DNA from: Corallochytrium limacisporum Hawaii
Taxonomy: Eukaryota > Protista > Pluriformea
Assembly: GCA_002811645.1 (NCBI GenBank)
Contig: PDIP01000035.1
Span: 1 to 64,000 of the forward strand
DNA length: 64,000 nucleotides
Reading direction: 5' to 3'
Under the pieces are notes generated by a model. It worked only from the letters and a program-made list of their open reading frames with translations, made no database searches and was not told the DNA's origin. Positions 22,279 to 33,967 of this stretch are shown piece by piece (positions within the stretch are counted from its first letter, which is position 1; each line of letters begins with the position of its first letter). The position numbers and the translations under genes were made by a program.

Positions 22279-22982
22279 GTTGATCCGTTGTTATTCAATT
22301 AATATATACAAGTTAAATTGCAAAGCTTGACTCCGCTCAGGTTTGTCCCGAGGCGTGATACTGCTTAAATGAGTATAGGGAGATCAGTCTTTACCGAAAA
22401 CGTGGAGTCGCCTCCTGAAACTACACAATCACAAGAACTGCGTAGCAATGTTATGACTTTTCAGTACCAGACGGTATCAACATACATCTTTATGTTTACA
22501 TCTGATCCTTCAAATAATGTAAAGCATGTATCCAGAAACAGATAGAGAACCATTTCAGACCCACAGATGACTACTGTCAGATGGGTCAAAGAGCGAACCC
22601 TCGGTGGTACTCAGCTCTATTACCGTGTGCGGGACGGGTGTGCAATATGGTCAGTACAGCAGGGGTGGCCTACAGTGCTCACTAATCGTAGAACCTTGTG
22701 ACTAGCTGCCACGTACAATAACTATGGAAGATGGCAATTCCAGTCTCTTGCTATGGAATCATAGGTTTATCAACACAACAAAACTACACAAAGAAGACCA
22801 ATATATTATATACTGAAAAGAGGAAGGTCACTCCCCCCTCAAAATAGACTAAAACTAGGAAGGGAAAAACTAGCGACTTTAATATTTGGGGAAAAATTGT
22901 GTGTGGATTTTGAAGTGTGTGTTATTTCTCTGTCACAGGCTCACTGCCTTACTCAGTGGTTGGGTCCGGCCTGATTACACAT

Positions 22983-24743
22983 TCAATGCTGTCCTCGTTC
23001 CTTTGCGCGTTGACGGGCAAGCTTGCGTCGTTCCCGACGGCGACGGTTGCGTGCCGCATTCTTTCCAGGCTGACGCTGTTGTTGTTGAGGCTGTGTTGAA
23101 GAAGTTTCATGATCGTCGTCGTCTTCAGTATCCACTGCTATGTCGTCAGACTCTTCTTCCATCTCATCCTCAGTGTCTAGGTCGTATTCACTGTGCTCTT
23201 CTTCCTCTTCAGATTCGGACTCAGTCTCTTCGTCGGACTCTCCTGACTCAATTTCTTCGGAACCTTCCTCTTCATCAGACTCTTCAGCTTCAGAAGATTC
23301 CCCTTCTGACTCCTCTTCCTCATCAGAGACATCTTCATCGGAGCTTGGTGCATAGTCCTCCATGGTCTGAGACGGCTTCAAGAGGCCATACTCATGCATC
23401 TTTTGCTGCGCTGCATTCATAGCCTCCATGAGCACTTCACGGGATTTGTGGAAGTCAGACTCGAATAGATGGCAAAGTTCCATCTCCTCAATCGACATAC
23501 GACGGTACTGGTCTTTTTCCATAACATGCTGCAGCACGGTGATCAAATCTTGAACGTTGGTAGGTGCGAGGTCGGCAATCGCCAGTTGCTTAGGGGCTAA
23601 TTCCTTCCAGAACAGTTTCCGCTTGAACTTGGGAAGCTTGCCAGTAACTAGTTCGTAGATACAGCACCCAACAGAAAAGACATCAGCCCGTTCGTCGTAG
23701 GGACCACCCTGAGAGACCTCTGGAGCCATGAACTCCTCAGTGCCACGTTGAAGGCCATCGTTCACATATTCAGCATCTTTAAGAACCATGGACATGCCAA
23801 AGTCGACAAGCTTCAAGTATCCATGGAAGTTAATCATGATGTTATCGGGCTTCACATCCAAATGCGCAATACGCTTTCCATGGGAGCGGTCAAATTTTTT
23901 CAGGTACTTGAAGCCCTGAATCATCTGAAACACTGATTCCTTTACAACAGTAAAAGGCAACTTGCTGCGGTACCTTTCGTCGTCGTCGCGTAGAGTCCGC
24001 AGATCTTCCAGAGACCATGGGCAGAACTCGGTATAGATAGTGATTTCCAACTTTGTGTTGATGTGCAAGTCGAAGAGGGTCAGGCAGTTGATATGGCGCA
24101 TCTTCTCCAGAAAGCGTACTTCGTTCCTGACATCGGGTAGATCACATCCTTTCTTAGCGAGCTTGATCTTTTTGCGGCAAAGGATATGTCCAGTTTCACG
24201 GTGTTGAACCTTGTGAGTCTTACCGAAGGAACCCGCCTTGATGTTGTTGAGAATTATGTAGTGCCTCTTGTTCGAGTTCTGATAGACACCCGGGGAGTCG
24301 TTGAAGATCTGCGTATGAAGATCCTGTGACAGGCGACGTTCATCGACCTCACCAAGTGCTTTTCCATGGCTGCTGACACGAATTTTACCAACTCGTGCCC
24401 ACGGTGACGAGGGCAGGTTCAGCACGATGTCTTCACCAGTAGCAGAATGCTCAGACTGCGTGTCACTGAAACTGCGGAGATTCAGATCATCCAGGCGCGC
24501 CGGCAGGTCGCCTGTACTTCCCGAGCTTTCTTGCCCATTGTCACCGTCAGATGGCATCTTTCGCTTCTTGAAACTGCTCTGTGAAGTGCTCTCGTAGTCT
24601 GAAAGAACTTCACTAGTGGTACTATTTAATGTGTTTGCGCTGACATTCAGACGCGACTGAGCAGACTTCAAAGGTGACCCAATGGGGCTCTCATTCGTGT
24701 TCTGTACTTCGCGCAAAACCTGGCGGGATCGAGAGTGCGGCAT
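22983..24743 (-). CDS. Ser/Thr protein kinase (non-RD) with acidic tract and basic C-terminus
   Basis: AGSFG, HLDVKPDN, DFG, GTEEFMAPE, DVFSVG; first ATG at 24743. Confidence 0.92.
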   Translation of the reverse strand: MPHSRSRQVLREVQNTNESPIGSPLKSAQSRLNVSANTLNSTTSEVLSDYESTSQSSFKKRKMPSDGDNGQESSGSTGDLPARLDDLNLRSFSDTQSEHSATGEDIVLNLPSSPWARVGKIRVSSHGKALGEVDERRLSQDLHTQIFNDSPGVYQNSNKRHYIILNNIKAGSFGKTHKVQHRETGHILCRKKIKLAKKGCDLPDVRNEVRFLEKMRHINCLTLFDLHINTKLEITIYTEFCPWSLEDLRTLRDDDERYRSKLPFTVVKESVFQMIQGFKYLKKFDRSHGKRIAHLDVKPDNIMINFHGYLKLVDFGMSMVLKDAEYVNDGLQRGTEEFMAPEVSQGGPYDERADVFSVGCCIYELVTGKLPKFKRKLFWKELAPKQLAIADLAPTNVQDLITVLQHVMEKDQYRRMSIEEMELCHLFESDFHKSREVLMEAMNAAQQKMHEYGLLKPSQTMEDYAPSSDEDVSDEEEESEGESSEAEESDEEEGSEEIESGESDEETESESEEEEEHSEYDLDTEDEMEEESDDIAVDTEDDDDHETSSTQPQQQQRQPGKNAARNRRRRERRKLARQRAKERGQH

Positions 24744-26377
24744 CGTGAGTATGACCCAAAGTTCAGGGGCCTCCGTAGAAAACCTGAACAAACGGATTTA
24801 ACAGAGTGCTCATAACCCTCTATTCAAGTATGCACTAGGTTCAAATAGCATTGTCCTAGACAAGATACAGGCCAGGTAGAGTCATACAATTCAACCACAG
24901 CTTGGCTTGCACCCCCACATATACACATATATATCCCAAGCCAGCTAGCTACCCGCAATGGATCACAACGCCAGGGAGCTTCTGCTCTCAGCATAGCTTG
25001 CTGCCAAATCAGTGCACTGGGCCCTCATTCAAGCTTTTGGCGCGTAAGTAACAACCTCTTGGTGTGCTGCCGCTGAGACCCGCCAGTGGTCCCAGCTCTC
25101 TATCCCTGCGTGCGCCTGTCGCTGGTTGGCACACACTACCAAGCACCCTTCTCGAACGGAAAGGAACTGTGCGGTCCCAGTCTCGTCTGTTTGTCGAGAA
25201 GTGCCAAGCCACGCGTTGCAAGGTGTAGCCCTCCCCTTCAGTCGTTCGTTGTTGGGCTTTTGTTCCCTTGGCTTTGAACCGGGGCTTTTTTGGCGCGTCG
25301 CAATTACAAAGTACAACGGAGAGCATGCTCGGCGACGAGCCAATCATTTGGACCACACACCCCTCGAGTACTGAATGGTCGTCAATTCGGACGCAGGAGA
25401 TTGATTTCATACTCAGTGTATGAGCCACATTTCGCGCAAATACGGTACTTGGCTTCAATTATCCCTCACCGATGTACGGACTTTTGGAACAGAGCACCCT
25501 TGTCGGACCGCGAAGAGGATACTGAAGACATCAACACCACAGCATCATGCATCCTATTCAACATCAGGTACTTATGTAATCACGACACAGCCATTTGCCT
25601 CGGTCTTTCGTACCCGTACGCGACTACTAGTGGGTTTCTCGGCCATCAGTCCTCTGAGCGATACATTGACGTTCTCATGCGCGCGAAAGAAAGGCCGCCG
25701 AAGAAACCTTGCCCACTCCGTACGACACATAAATCAATAATTATCGACATATTATTGATCCATTTATGGCGTTTTCTGGTATGTCACAGTTTCGACCAGT
25801 AAGAACCCGGGTAATGAGAGAGTCCGGGTACAAGACTGTTCGGAGAAACACTACTTTCTCCTCTCCAATATTGAATGTACTGAAATCCACGCTCGAGAAC
25901 TTGAGAGAGGGGGGAGGCGCGAGGTTGGGGGGGAATCAACGCCTACGGTATATCATCAGCCGCCAATAAACACAGCAGTACCCCGCGCGTAGGGACTCGG
26001 ACAGGGAGAGCAACCCAAGCACAGAAGCAGGGGCCAAATCACTCCGTGACCCCGCCCTTTCCATTACTTGGTCCTCGGTGTGTATAAGCCCTTGGATACG
26101 ACACGGAGTCTTTCACCTAACTCAGCAATTTACAAGGGCGGCAATCCTCGGCTGCAATTCTGCAGAGCTTTCAGAGTGTTACCGTCCAAATTCTACGCAG
26201 AGACTTCATTGAAAGGCTCACAAAGAAGGTATTTGCGCGAAATCAGTCACAAGATAGGAACAGCTGCCCCTTTAGAAGAGTATGATAGGTATTGTATCTA
26301 TGGAGTTTCCAAAAGATGTAGTGGAGTCGGGTATATGCATTAGGGATATCAGTGAGTAGCAAGCGGGATCTAAAGCC

Positions 26378-27514
26378 ATGTCCGACCAGGCACTCCCGCT
26401 CCTGATCATCAACCTTGGGGCTGAGATGACTTATGTCCTTCATGAGCGTCTTAAGGCCCAAGGTGTATCCGTACAAGTACAGAATCAGGTCATTAGTGCA
26501 ATTGTCTACAATATGGTGCGCCGGAGATTCCTCGAAGAAATGATGCGGCCACAGCCGTTGTATAATTTGGTTCAGGTTCGATCGATTTGCAGCCGCCTGG
26601 CGCACTCTTCTGTAATGAAATTGAATGACGCTAGCATGGATAAGCTGTTTGACCTGGTGCTTATGAGCTACAAATGGCAATTAATTCAAATTAACAGCCC
26701 GGAGGAGGTGTACACTATTGCGTTGAATCATCTGGACACTTTGAAAGACTTGGTACCACTGGACAGAAAGTTACAAATTTCACTTGATTCTACGATGGAT
26801 ACAATGACCTCCGTTTATGAGTCGATGTCCAAGGGCTCATTGTGGATCATAAGGCAAGAATTATTGAACTTCACAATGTCAAAACACGCACAGATTTCAT
26901 TGTTTGTCGCACATGATCTGCAGTCATCAGACGGGTGCTTCCGGATAGATATTCACGACGAAGACTCAGACGAGCCCATTGGAAAAGTTGATTACTATGA
27001 CCCATCGACTGGGCAAGCGTACGAAACGACAACGCCCAGCAAAAAGATGAAACCGAAAAAGCGCGCTGCGATTTTCGATTTCCTTGAAGACACTGAACCG
27101 CGAGGTACTTTTTTGGGTAAAAATCTGTTTGCTGTCCTGGAGCGCAAGAGCAGAGGCCTACCTGCAGTGATACCAAAGGAACAACGCCATCATTCCCTGC
27201 GGCGACAAGGAACCCGAGCGCACCCTCTACGTGATACATACGCAGGTTCGACTGAGTACGACTACCTCAGAAGATCGATGGATAGTAGTGTTGGCGCAGA
27301 ATTCGCGGATATTTCTTCCCTTCAAGACTCCCTTACTGCTGCACGTCTTCACGAACTGCATGGTGGAGAGACCACTTCATTGAGAGGCAGCTCCTCATCT
27401 CACGATCTGGGAATGTCTTGGAACGTGTCCCAACAGTCCATGAAGACGTCGACTTCTTCAATGTCATGGAGCAATGAGCAGACCGCATCTGGGACAACCT
27501 TAAATAGTACCTGA
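26378..27514 (+). CDS. OSCP1: Organic solute carrier partner 1 (cilia-associated family)
   Basis: LPLLIINLGAEM.YVL.ERLKAQ and RLAHSSVMKLN.ASMDKLFDL match the recalled OSCP1 N-terminus. Confidence 0.9.
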   Translation: MSDQALPLLIINLGAEMTYVLHERLKAQGVSVQVQNQVISAIVYNMVRRRFLEEMMRPQPLYNLVQVRSICSRLAHSSVMKLNDASMDKLFDLVLMSYKWQLIQINSPEEVYTIALNHLDTLKDLVPLDRKLQISLDSTMDTMTSVYESMSKGSLWIIRQELLNFTMSKHAQISLFVAHDLQSSDGCFRIDIHDEDSDEPIGKVDYYDPSTGQAYETTTPSKKMKPKKRAAIFDFLEDTEPRGTFLGKNLFAVLERKSRGLPAVIPKEQRHHSLRRQGTRAHPLRDTYAGSTEYDYLRRSMDSSVGAEFADISSLQDSLTAARLHELHGGETTSLRGSSSSHDLGMSWNVSQQSMKTSTSSMSWSNEQTASGTTLNST

Positions 27515-27614
27515 GCATGTTATCAGCCCAGTCAACGAAATCACATAGAATTTTACTTTCATAGGATATACAAGAGTTTACTTGTTTCGATTTTGATACC
27601 CTAACGACATCAAG

Positions 27615-27950
27615 CTAGGTGGCCGCAGGGCTCTTCATAACGATTATTATACTATCCCCTCTTAGAAAGAGCTTGCTAATGTAGCGATCACGAGCCACTG
27701 GTTTTGCTGAGCTCTTACTTTTGCCTTTGCGAGGTTGCTCCATCCATACTTCCTTAACTTCCTCCATGATGAGATTGCAGTGGCGGTCAAAGGCTCGAAC
27801 TCTGCCGATGAGTTTTCTATTGTTTCTGCAGGACACAATCACCTGTGCATTTGATTTCATTGCATCATTTAATAATGACAGGGGACCCTCCTTGAAGGAT
27901 GCATCTTCCTCTCTCTGGAGTTCTTCAGCCGGCGTAGCGTCCTTCGACAT
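27615..27950 (-). CDS. SNRPD2: Spliceosomal Sm protein D2
   Basis: GPLSLL, CRNNRKLIGRVRAFDRHCN, DRYISKLFLRGDSII; ATG at 27950. Confidence 0.95.
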   Translation of the reverse strand: MSKDATPAEELQREEDASFKEGPLSLLNDAMKSNAQVIVSCRNNRKLIGRVRAFDRHCNLIMEEVKEVWMEQPRKGKSKSSAKPVARDRYISKLFLRGDSIIIVMKSPAAT

Positions 27951-28622
27951 GGCAATTCCGTTCCTCTGTTTCCAGTGGCTATTCAAGTCACATAGCTTGA
28001 AGTGTCGCAATTCAGATCCATTTCCATTTCCATTCTCATAGTGCAAAGTGTTGTGATTGCCTAGAAATTGAGAAGACCTTCCAAACAAATACCCTCCGAC
28101 TGTGCTGCGTGCAGCTTCGAAAGAGGGGCTCAACTTGGAGAGTATCCGCCTGGCCCACAAGCCGCGCGTCTCTTCATGCAATTTCACACACAATCCCTTC
28201 TCTCTCCCTTCCGCAAAAAAAAACACACAAATTTTCCCCGACCAAAACTCGATTTTTTTTTGAGAATTTCTTCCCCAAGATGGGACCAAATGAGAACCTA
28301 GTTCGGTACCTTGAGTATGGGGCTGATCCACAGACTACTAGTTCATGCTGAATGCATTAGCCGTAGTTTTGGTATTGGGTGGTGACTCCAATGAAGTGTC
28401 ATCCCTTGCTGGGGCATAGAGTAATCTGGCACAGGCCTGTATGAGCCTTAGGCACCCGTCAACGGCGTCCAATGGCACGGTTACATTTGTCTTCCAGTTA
28501 TATTTAATTTTGATATCATAGTACTGGTGAAGGTACATGAAGATCACACCATTAGAAACAACTTTTGGGGACTGATTCGTCACGGTCTTCGTCAAAATTG
28601 TATCTAAATATTTACGGGAAAC

Positions 28623-28856
28623 ATGCCCAAGCAAGTCAAGGATCTTAAGGAGTTCATCCTTACCACTCGCCGCAAGGACGCTCGCGAGCTCCGCATCACC
28701 CGCACCGGTGACGTCTGGAAGTTCAAGGTCCGCTGCAAGCGCTACCTTTACACCATGAAGGTAAATGGACAGGACAAGGCAAAGAAGTTCAAGATGTCCC
28801 TTCCCCCTCATCTGACCAAGAACGCTGTCTTCAACGGCAAGGGTGCCGAGCTCTAA
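28623..28856 (+). CDS. RPL38: 60S ribosomal protein eL38
   Basis: [20 protein letters not shown]...[12 protein letters not shown]...SLPP. Confidence 0.97.
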   Translation: MPKQVKDLKEFILTTRRKDARELRITRTGDVWKFKVRCKRYLYTMKVNGQDKAKKFKMSLPPHLTKNAVFNGKGAEL

Positions 28857-29744
28857 ATGAAATACGTATGATATTGACAAAGTAGACAGTACCGGGCCTC
28901 AGGCATCAGGTCAGTAATTCACGCATAGCATAACACAATCTTCAGCACATAGCAGCATAGAATGTCATACCTATATAATTAGGAACACACCGGGGAAGCT
29001 GTCCCATTATGATGGCTTACTTTGTTGGGTGTGGAGTATATAAACCTTTTTGGAACATAAAACAGCAACGGGCACTCTTTTTTGTGGGTCTTTTTTCATT
29101 GATATATTTCTTTTTCCCGCTTCGATATGGATGCAGGATTTCTACGGAGGACATACCCTTCAGCAGCATGCGTCAGAAGTTCAAGGCCATGGTCACCTAA
29201 AGACAACTGCGCAAGGACATGGTGAGCACAGCCATCTTTTGAAGCCAGCTTCTACTGCTTTGATTCCCATTTCGTACATGGTTTTCTTCACATGCTTGGC
29301 CTCTATCCGCAAGCCCGCATCTCTATGACATGCACTTCGAACTTCAAAGCCACTTCTTCTTGACATTGTACGCCAGCACTGGTGGATCTCCGAGTGTGTT
29401 GAGTACGCTGATCTCAATTTACTTCACAGTCCTCTCGTTTCAAGTCTGTCACCGTGTCCAAACATTGACGTCCAGACTCTTGGCCACCCCGCCCCCTTCA
29501 GCGCCCAATACATTAAATTAAGAGCGGGAGGGTCCAGACAAGCGGCCCGGGAACTGCGGTTTGTAGTTCAGGGGAGGAGGATGGATGACTCTGGCGATTG
29601 TTCCAAAACACAATTAAGGTATCTAGTTTATTCTCATTGCACGTGCAATCTCTATCCGATAAATCCGTATAGAGAGACTCGGAAAAGGCTACTGGAATAA
29701 GACCGCAGTCAAACTATGACGTAGAGTTTTCAACTTTTCTGACC

Positions 29745-30653
29745 ATGGTAAAGAAGACACTTCCCTTCCGGGTCAAGTTATACCTTCACGGAGTATACAA
29801 CATCCCGTTGGTAAATGGTGTGCTTTTTGCAAGAGTAAAATCAGAAGACAGTGCGTTCAAGAAGGTGTACACAGACCGGTCTGCCATTGAAGAACATGCA
29901 GTTCAGTGGACCAAAGGCTTCGAGTTTGACATCCCTTTCAAAACCCATGATATGCAAACGGTTGAGCCGCAATGGGTTCGGATTGATGTGAGAACAGAAC
30001 GTCAAGGTGGTAAGAAGGAACAGGCTTTTGGGTCAGCAAGTATTGACCTAGCTGCCCTGATGACCCGCGAGCCTGACTCACTGGACACATATACTCTATT
30101 CAATAGGGCTCCAGAAGACTTTGAGCCCATCAAAATTAGCAAACGCTATCTGTTGGAAACGGACAAAAAGTCTGGCAAAGCAAACGCAATTCTCCGAATG
30201 ACTGTCATCTTCGAACGGGTATCGGATGGTAGTGGAAAATCGAAGAAATCTGCAGCGACCACGTTGGACGTGGACCCTGACCTTGTGTCAGTGATTACGG
30301 ATAGGAGCGATCTTGCTTCAGTCCACGGGCCCGGCACCTCTCAACATAGAAACAGTATCAGCTCTAGACAAACCACAATGCCTGAAGGAGGCCGCTTCAG
30401 GGACCCGCATAGTGTTGTTCTCACTGGCGCGGACATGGCATATTATGACTATGTCTTCAGCAACGGTCTCCAAGACACAACTCTATGGACATTGCCGTCG
30501 GACCGATTCAACATCTTGGTGGAAGAGTCGCGCACAGACCCTTGTGAGGACGCAGAGATCATCATTGATCGACTACGCAAGCAGCAGAGACACGGCCTGA
30601 TCTTGCGGAACGCTCCAAACCGCCAGCATATCAAGAACCAACCTTCCATGTAA
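29745..30653 (+). CDS. NT-C2 domain protein (EEIG1/FAM102 family)
   Basis: IPLVNGVLFARVK, H.V.W...F, VRTERQGGK....G...IDLA, RYLL....ANAILRMTV. Confidence 0.85.
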   Translation: MVKKTLPFRVKLYLHGVYNIPLVNGVLFARVKSEDSAFKKVYTDRSAIEEHAVQWTKGFEFDIPFKTHDMQTVEPQWVRIDVRTERQGGKKEQAFGSASIDLAALMTREPDSLDTYTLFNRAPEDFEPIKISKRYLLETDKKSGKANAILRMTVIFERVSDGSGKSKKSAATTLDVDPDLVSVITDRSDLASVHGPGTSQHRNSISSRQTTMPEGGRFRDPHSVVLTGADMAYYDYVFSNGLQDTTLWTLPSDRFNILVEESRTDPCEDAEIIIDRLRKQQRHGLILRNAPNRQHIKNQPSM

Positions 30654-31347
30654 AGAATACTCACCAGAAATCCGCAAACCCATGTATCCGTAAAGAAATC
30701 ATTTATTCTCAATTCTGTGTCACCTAATATATGACACTTTATTCAGTATTATTGATTTTATTCGCCTAGATGTTTTGTGGGACAAAATCCGGTTTGGCTT
30801 TTTGTCTCTCCTGTTTCCGTTATGCGAAAGGGTTTTGATTTCTCGCCAGTTTCTCTTCAACGGGATGGCCAGACGACCCGGCGTTAATTGGCACTCTCAA
30901 AGACTGTCCACAGAAAAACCAATATCATTCTGTTATCCGGCCAGAATCACGGGATTGTGCATCTGCGCCCCAACCCGCGTCTGCTTCTGCGAGGGAATAT
31001 ATTATGTTGGGGCGTGGTCTTCAAGTGGGCCTCCCCGCCATAACAGAGGTTTATAGTGATAGTGTGGGCATCAAAGGAGTGCCCAGAAATTTTATTCTTA
31101 TCTCTTAGTGCTGCGGAAGACGTGTCACCAACGGAAGGGCAGTGCACCATAAATCAAAGGGGAATCGAGTAAGAGGGAGGTACGGTGGGTTTCCGGACCA
31201 AAACTGGCTGGGACGTGTGGCAGTGGCTGAGAGTAACCTGACGACCGCACAGGTATATGCGAATCGCTGGTTCCTTGGCCAAAATATGGTCTTCAACAGA
31301 TCGGTTGAGTTATTCCAAATTCCACCAAGGGAAATAAGTGTACAGAA

Positions 31348-32823
31348 ATGGTGGAAGAAAAGAAGAACGGCATTGCTTCCGTGGGTAGCCCGGGCGGCAA
31401 TCCCGACCGTCCGGAGAAGGTGAACGTTAGAGGCGGCAAAGATAGTCCCTCAACTGCACCAGGTCGGAAAGGTAAGCCTGTCAGCCCTAGCTCACCTCGC
31501 AGTCCGGACCACCACTCTCGCAACATGACAACTCACTCACTGGCATACGAGCACTTCCCACCAACACCCTGGGAGAAGGATGTCAGCGAGACCACTCTGC
31601 AGGCTTTACAGCGTGAATCCTCAGTGTGGTCAACAACACATCCGGTTCGGGCAGTCCCAGGCCTTTTCTGGACTCTGTTTACTGCTTTAATCACTTCTGG
31701 GTACAAGTGGATTTTCATGGCCATGAGACTGGTGCTATTCAGCATGTGCCTCATGCCTGGCTTCATCAGCATTGGGTGGTATTACCTAACCTCAAACAGG
31801 ATTGTTCGTAACGTGGTTTATGGCGTCAACAGTCGCAATACCTGTGATATTTTCCTACCGTCTGCGAGTAGGCCACAAGGCGGTCGGGGCCGTCCTGTGG
31901 TCGTCTATGTTACCGGGGGAGCATGGATTATTGGTTACAAGGCCTGGGGTGCGCTCATGGGTCGCATTCTGCAAAACTATGGCATTGTTTGTGTGAGTAT
32001 TGACTACCGGAATTTCCCTCAGGGAACGGTCCCTGACATGATTGAGGACGTCAATACAGCTGTGGCTTGGGTATTTGATGAGATCGCAAGTTTCGGCGGT
32101 GATCCCGAGCGCGTGTATCTGTGTGGACAAAGTGCAGGAGCGCAGTTAACCTTGACTGCAATTTTGGAGCAGGTCATGATTGAGCACCACATGATGGAGG
32201 AGGAATGGCGCCACATTCCCTGGAATCCGCTGAAGCTGAAGGGCTACATCGGAGTGTCTGGTCCGTACGATCTTATCGCTCTGAAGGAGCACATGCATGA
32301 AAAGGGCCTTCATAAGGACGTCTACGATCGGCTATTTGACCACCGGGCTGAGATGTACAGTCCCTATAACATCATCACGAGTGCCCCGTTCAAGAATGGC
32401 GAATGTGCCAAGGGACTGCCACCCATGACCTTCCTTCACGGCACTGGCGACGTGTCTGTCCCTCACAGTTCCGCGGCCCTGTTTGCCGAGGAGCTGGAAT
32501 CGCAGGGTGCAAAGGTAGCCACAAAGTGGTATGATGGTAAGACCCACACGGACCTTATTCTCGAAGACGCAATGAACATCAAGGCCGTCTATGATGATGA
32601 TTTTTTGACTGATGTTATCGCCGTCGCCGGTGGAAAGCCCTTGGGAGCATATGTAGATCACAAGCGTTGGAGCAACCATATCGAAGAACTTTACAGCAAA
32701 AGCACTGAGCGACGGGCAGATAGAAGGCGCCGGCCAAGCTTACACGCTGACATCGGCGGTGATGACAAGGTCATTGTCCCTCGCTTCATGATCCAGTTGG
32801 CCAGATTCGTGAACCCGTTCTAA
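31348..32823 (+). CDS. Isoprenylcysteine alpha-carbonyl methylesterase (ICME/PCME)-like alpha/beta hydrolase
   Basis: PVVVYVTGGAWIIGYKAWG, IDYRNFPQG, GQSAG nucleophile elbow, KTHTD, terminal NPF. Confidence 0.88.
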   Translation: MVEEKKNGIASVGSPGGNPDRPEKVNVRGGKDSPSTAPGRKGKPVSPSSPRSPDHHSRNMTTHSLAYEHFPPTPWEKDVSETTLQALQRESSVWSTTHPVRAVPGLFWTLFTALITSGYKWIFMAMRLVLFSMCLMPGFISIGWYYLTSNRIVRNVVYGVNSRNTCDIFLPSASRPQGGRGRPVVVYVTGGAWIIGYKAWGALMGRILQNYGIVCVSIDYRNFPQGTVPDMIEDVNTAVAWVFDEIASFGGDPERVYLCGQSAGAQLTLTAILEQVMIEHHMMEEEWRHIPWNPLKLKGYIGVSGPYDLIALKEHMHEKGLHKDVYDRLFDHRAEMYSPYNIITSAPFKNGECAKGLPPMTFLHGTGDVSVPHSSAALFAEELESQGAKVATKWYDGKTHTDLILEDAMNIKAVYDDDFLTDVIAVAGGKPLGAYVDHKRWSNHIEELYSKSTERRADRRRRPSLHADIGGDDKVIVPRFMIQLARFVNPF

Positions 32824-32925
32824 GATTGGTCACGTCTGCACAAAGTCACAAACATTTCACAAATGGACGCGTCCCTGTAATATAATTGATATGTTTTGAG
32901 TATTTTTTTTCAATGTTTGGATGAG

Positions 32926-33237
32926 CTAATCCCGCTTTTTGGACTTTGTTGGCCTGTCAGAAATCTTCTTCCGCTTCCTAGTTTCAGCATCCTCTGCAGT
33001 GGTGGCGCGTTGCAAGTAGACCACACCAGTGAACATCAAGGCAGCTCCGATCATAAACATTGCAGTAGTAATAAACAGGTTATCAGACGGCTTCTCAGGT
33101 GGGAATAGCTTCTTTATAGCGGTCCCATCTGGAATAAATTGTGACATAATAATCCACGCGGCCAGGTACGTGTAGATGGTAATTGTACCCACCAGCAGCA
33201 GTGTGCCTATTGTCCGATCCGTTGATATGTTCTCCAT
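32926..33237 (-). CDS. DPM2: Dolichol-phosphate mannose synthase regulatory subunit
   Basis: TDRTIG...IYTY..AWII...FI.....IKKLFPP, two TM segments, basic tail; start could be an upstream in-frame ATG. Confidence 0.75.
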   Translation of the reverse strand: MENISTDRTIGTLLLVGTITIYTYLAAWIIMSQFIPDGTAIKKLFPPEKPSDNLFITTAMFMIGAALMFTGVVYLQRATTAEDAETRKRKKISDRPTKSKKRD

Positions 33238-33541
33238 TGTAACCTGCTCAAAACTCGTATGCTTAACAAATTGAGGTTTTTCGAGCATTGTCATACGTTC
33301 CCTGTTGCTGGCCTGTTCATGACTTAAAAACCATTGCTGAGCATCTTTGCCCATTGGGTAAGCCTGTCGTCGTTGCCTCGTCGGGCTGTAATGGCGCCCA
33401 GCTGTATTTCCCCCACCTCTCTACAGCCGTAGCAGTAGCAATGACTCCATGAATCAATTTCAACCCGAAGGATGGGGTACCCAATATATGTCATGTTTGA
33501 ATGGGAATCAATTTTATGGGACGCGTCAGCGATCCTTCTGT

Positions 33542-33967
33542 TTAGAAACCCATCATTGGATTTCCTATGGGAAGATCGTCAAGCTCGGACAAGTCTTCGT
33601 CACGTTCCACCTGCCGAGTGATGGTCACTTGGAGCCTGCCGCTGGTTGTACTCAAGTTCGCCCCCGAGTTCGTCAGCTGGGCAATGGTGCCTCACCTTCT
33701 CAAGGCCTGGGTAACGAATGTCTTGAAAATGTTGTTGCTCCGCATGGCCCGGTCAACATCTTCATCCGTGAGCAAGACATGGAGGATGTGACCTCTGTAG
33801 AAGAACTTGCGCTCCTGGATGGCCCTGTACAGTGGGCTGTCATCAAGGGATCGTTTGTCTTCCTTAAGATTCCGACTCCAGTTCTTGTACTTATCCGAGA
33901 TGCCAGGGCTGGCAGTTAGGCTACGCAGAGGATTCGTTTCCGCGGAGAAGGTTTGCTTTCTTTCCAT
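33542..33967 (-). pseudogene. Unidentified ORF split by an in-frame TGA (33692-33694)
   Basis: The 91-aa ORF continues in frame for 49 more sense codons (...DEDLSELDDLPIGNPMMGF) to TAA at 33542. Confidence 0.4.

Noticed and set aside
22336-22372. Segment resembling part of the U4 snRNA 5' stem-loop (AGGTTTGTCCCGAGGCGTGATACTGCT)
   Set aside because: No U6-pairing stem II, no 5'-strand K-turn GA and no Sm site; at best a decayed fragment.
25009-26343. ORFs of 60-170 aa between the kinase and OSCP1
   Set aside because: Overlapping on both strands, with no motifs or consistent coding signal.
28360-28490. H/ACA snoRNA candidate (AGAGTA, ACATTT) upstream of RPL38
   Set aside because: Hairpins rely on G-U pairs, the second hairpin does not fit, and no target was identified.
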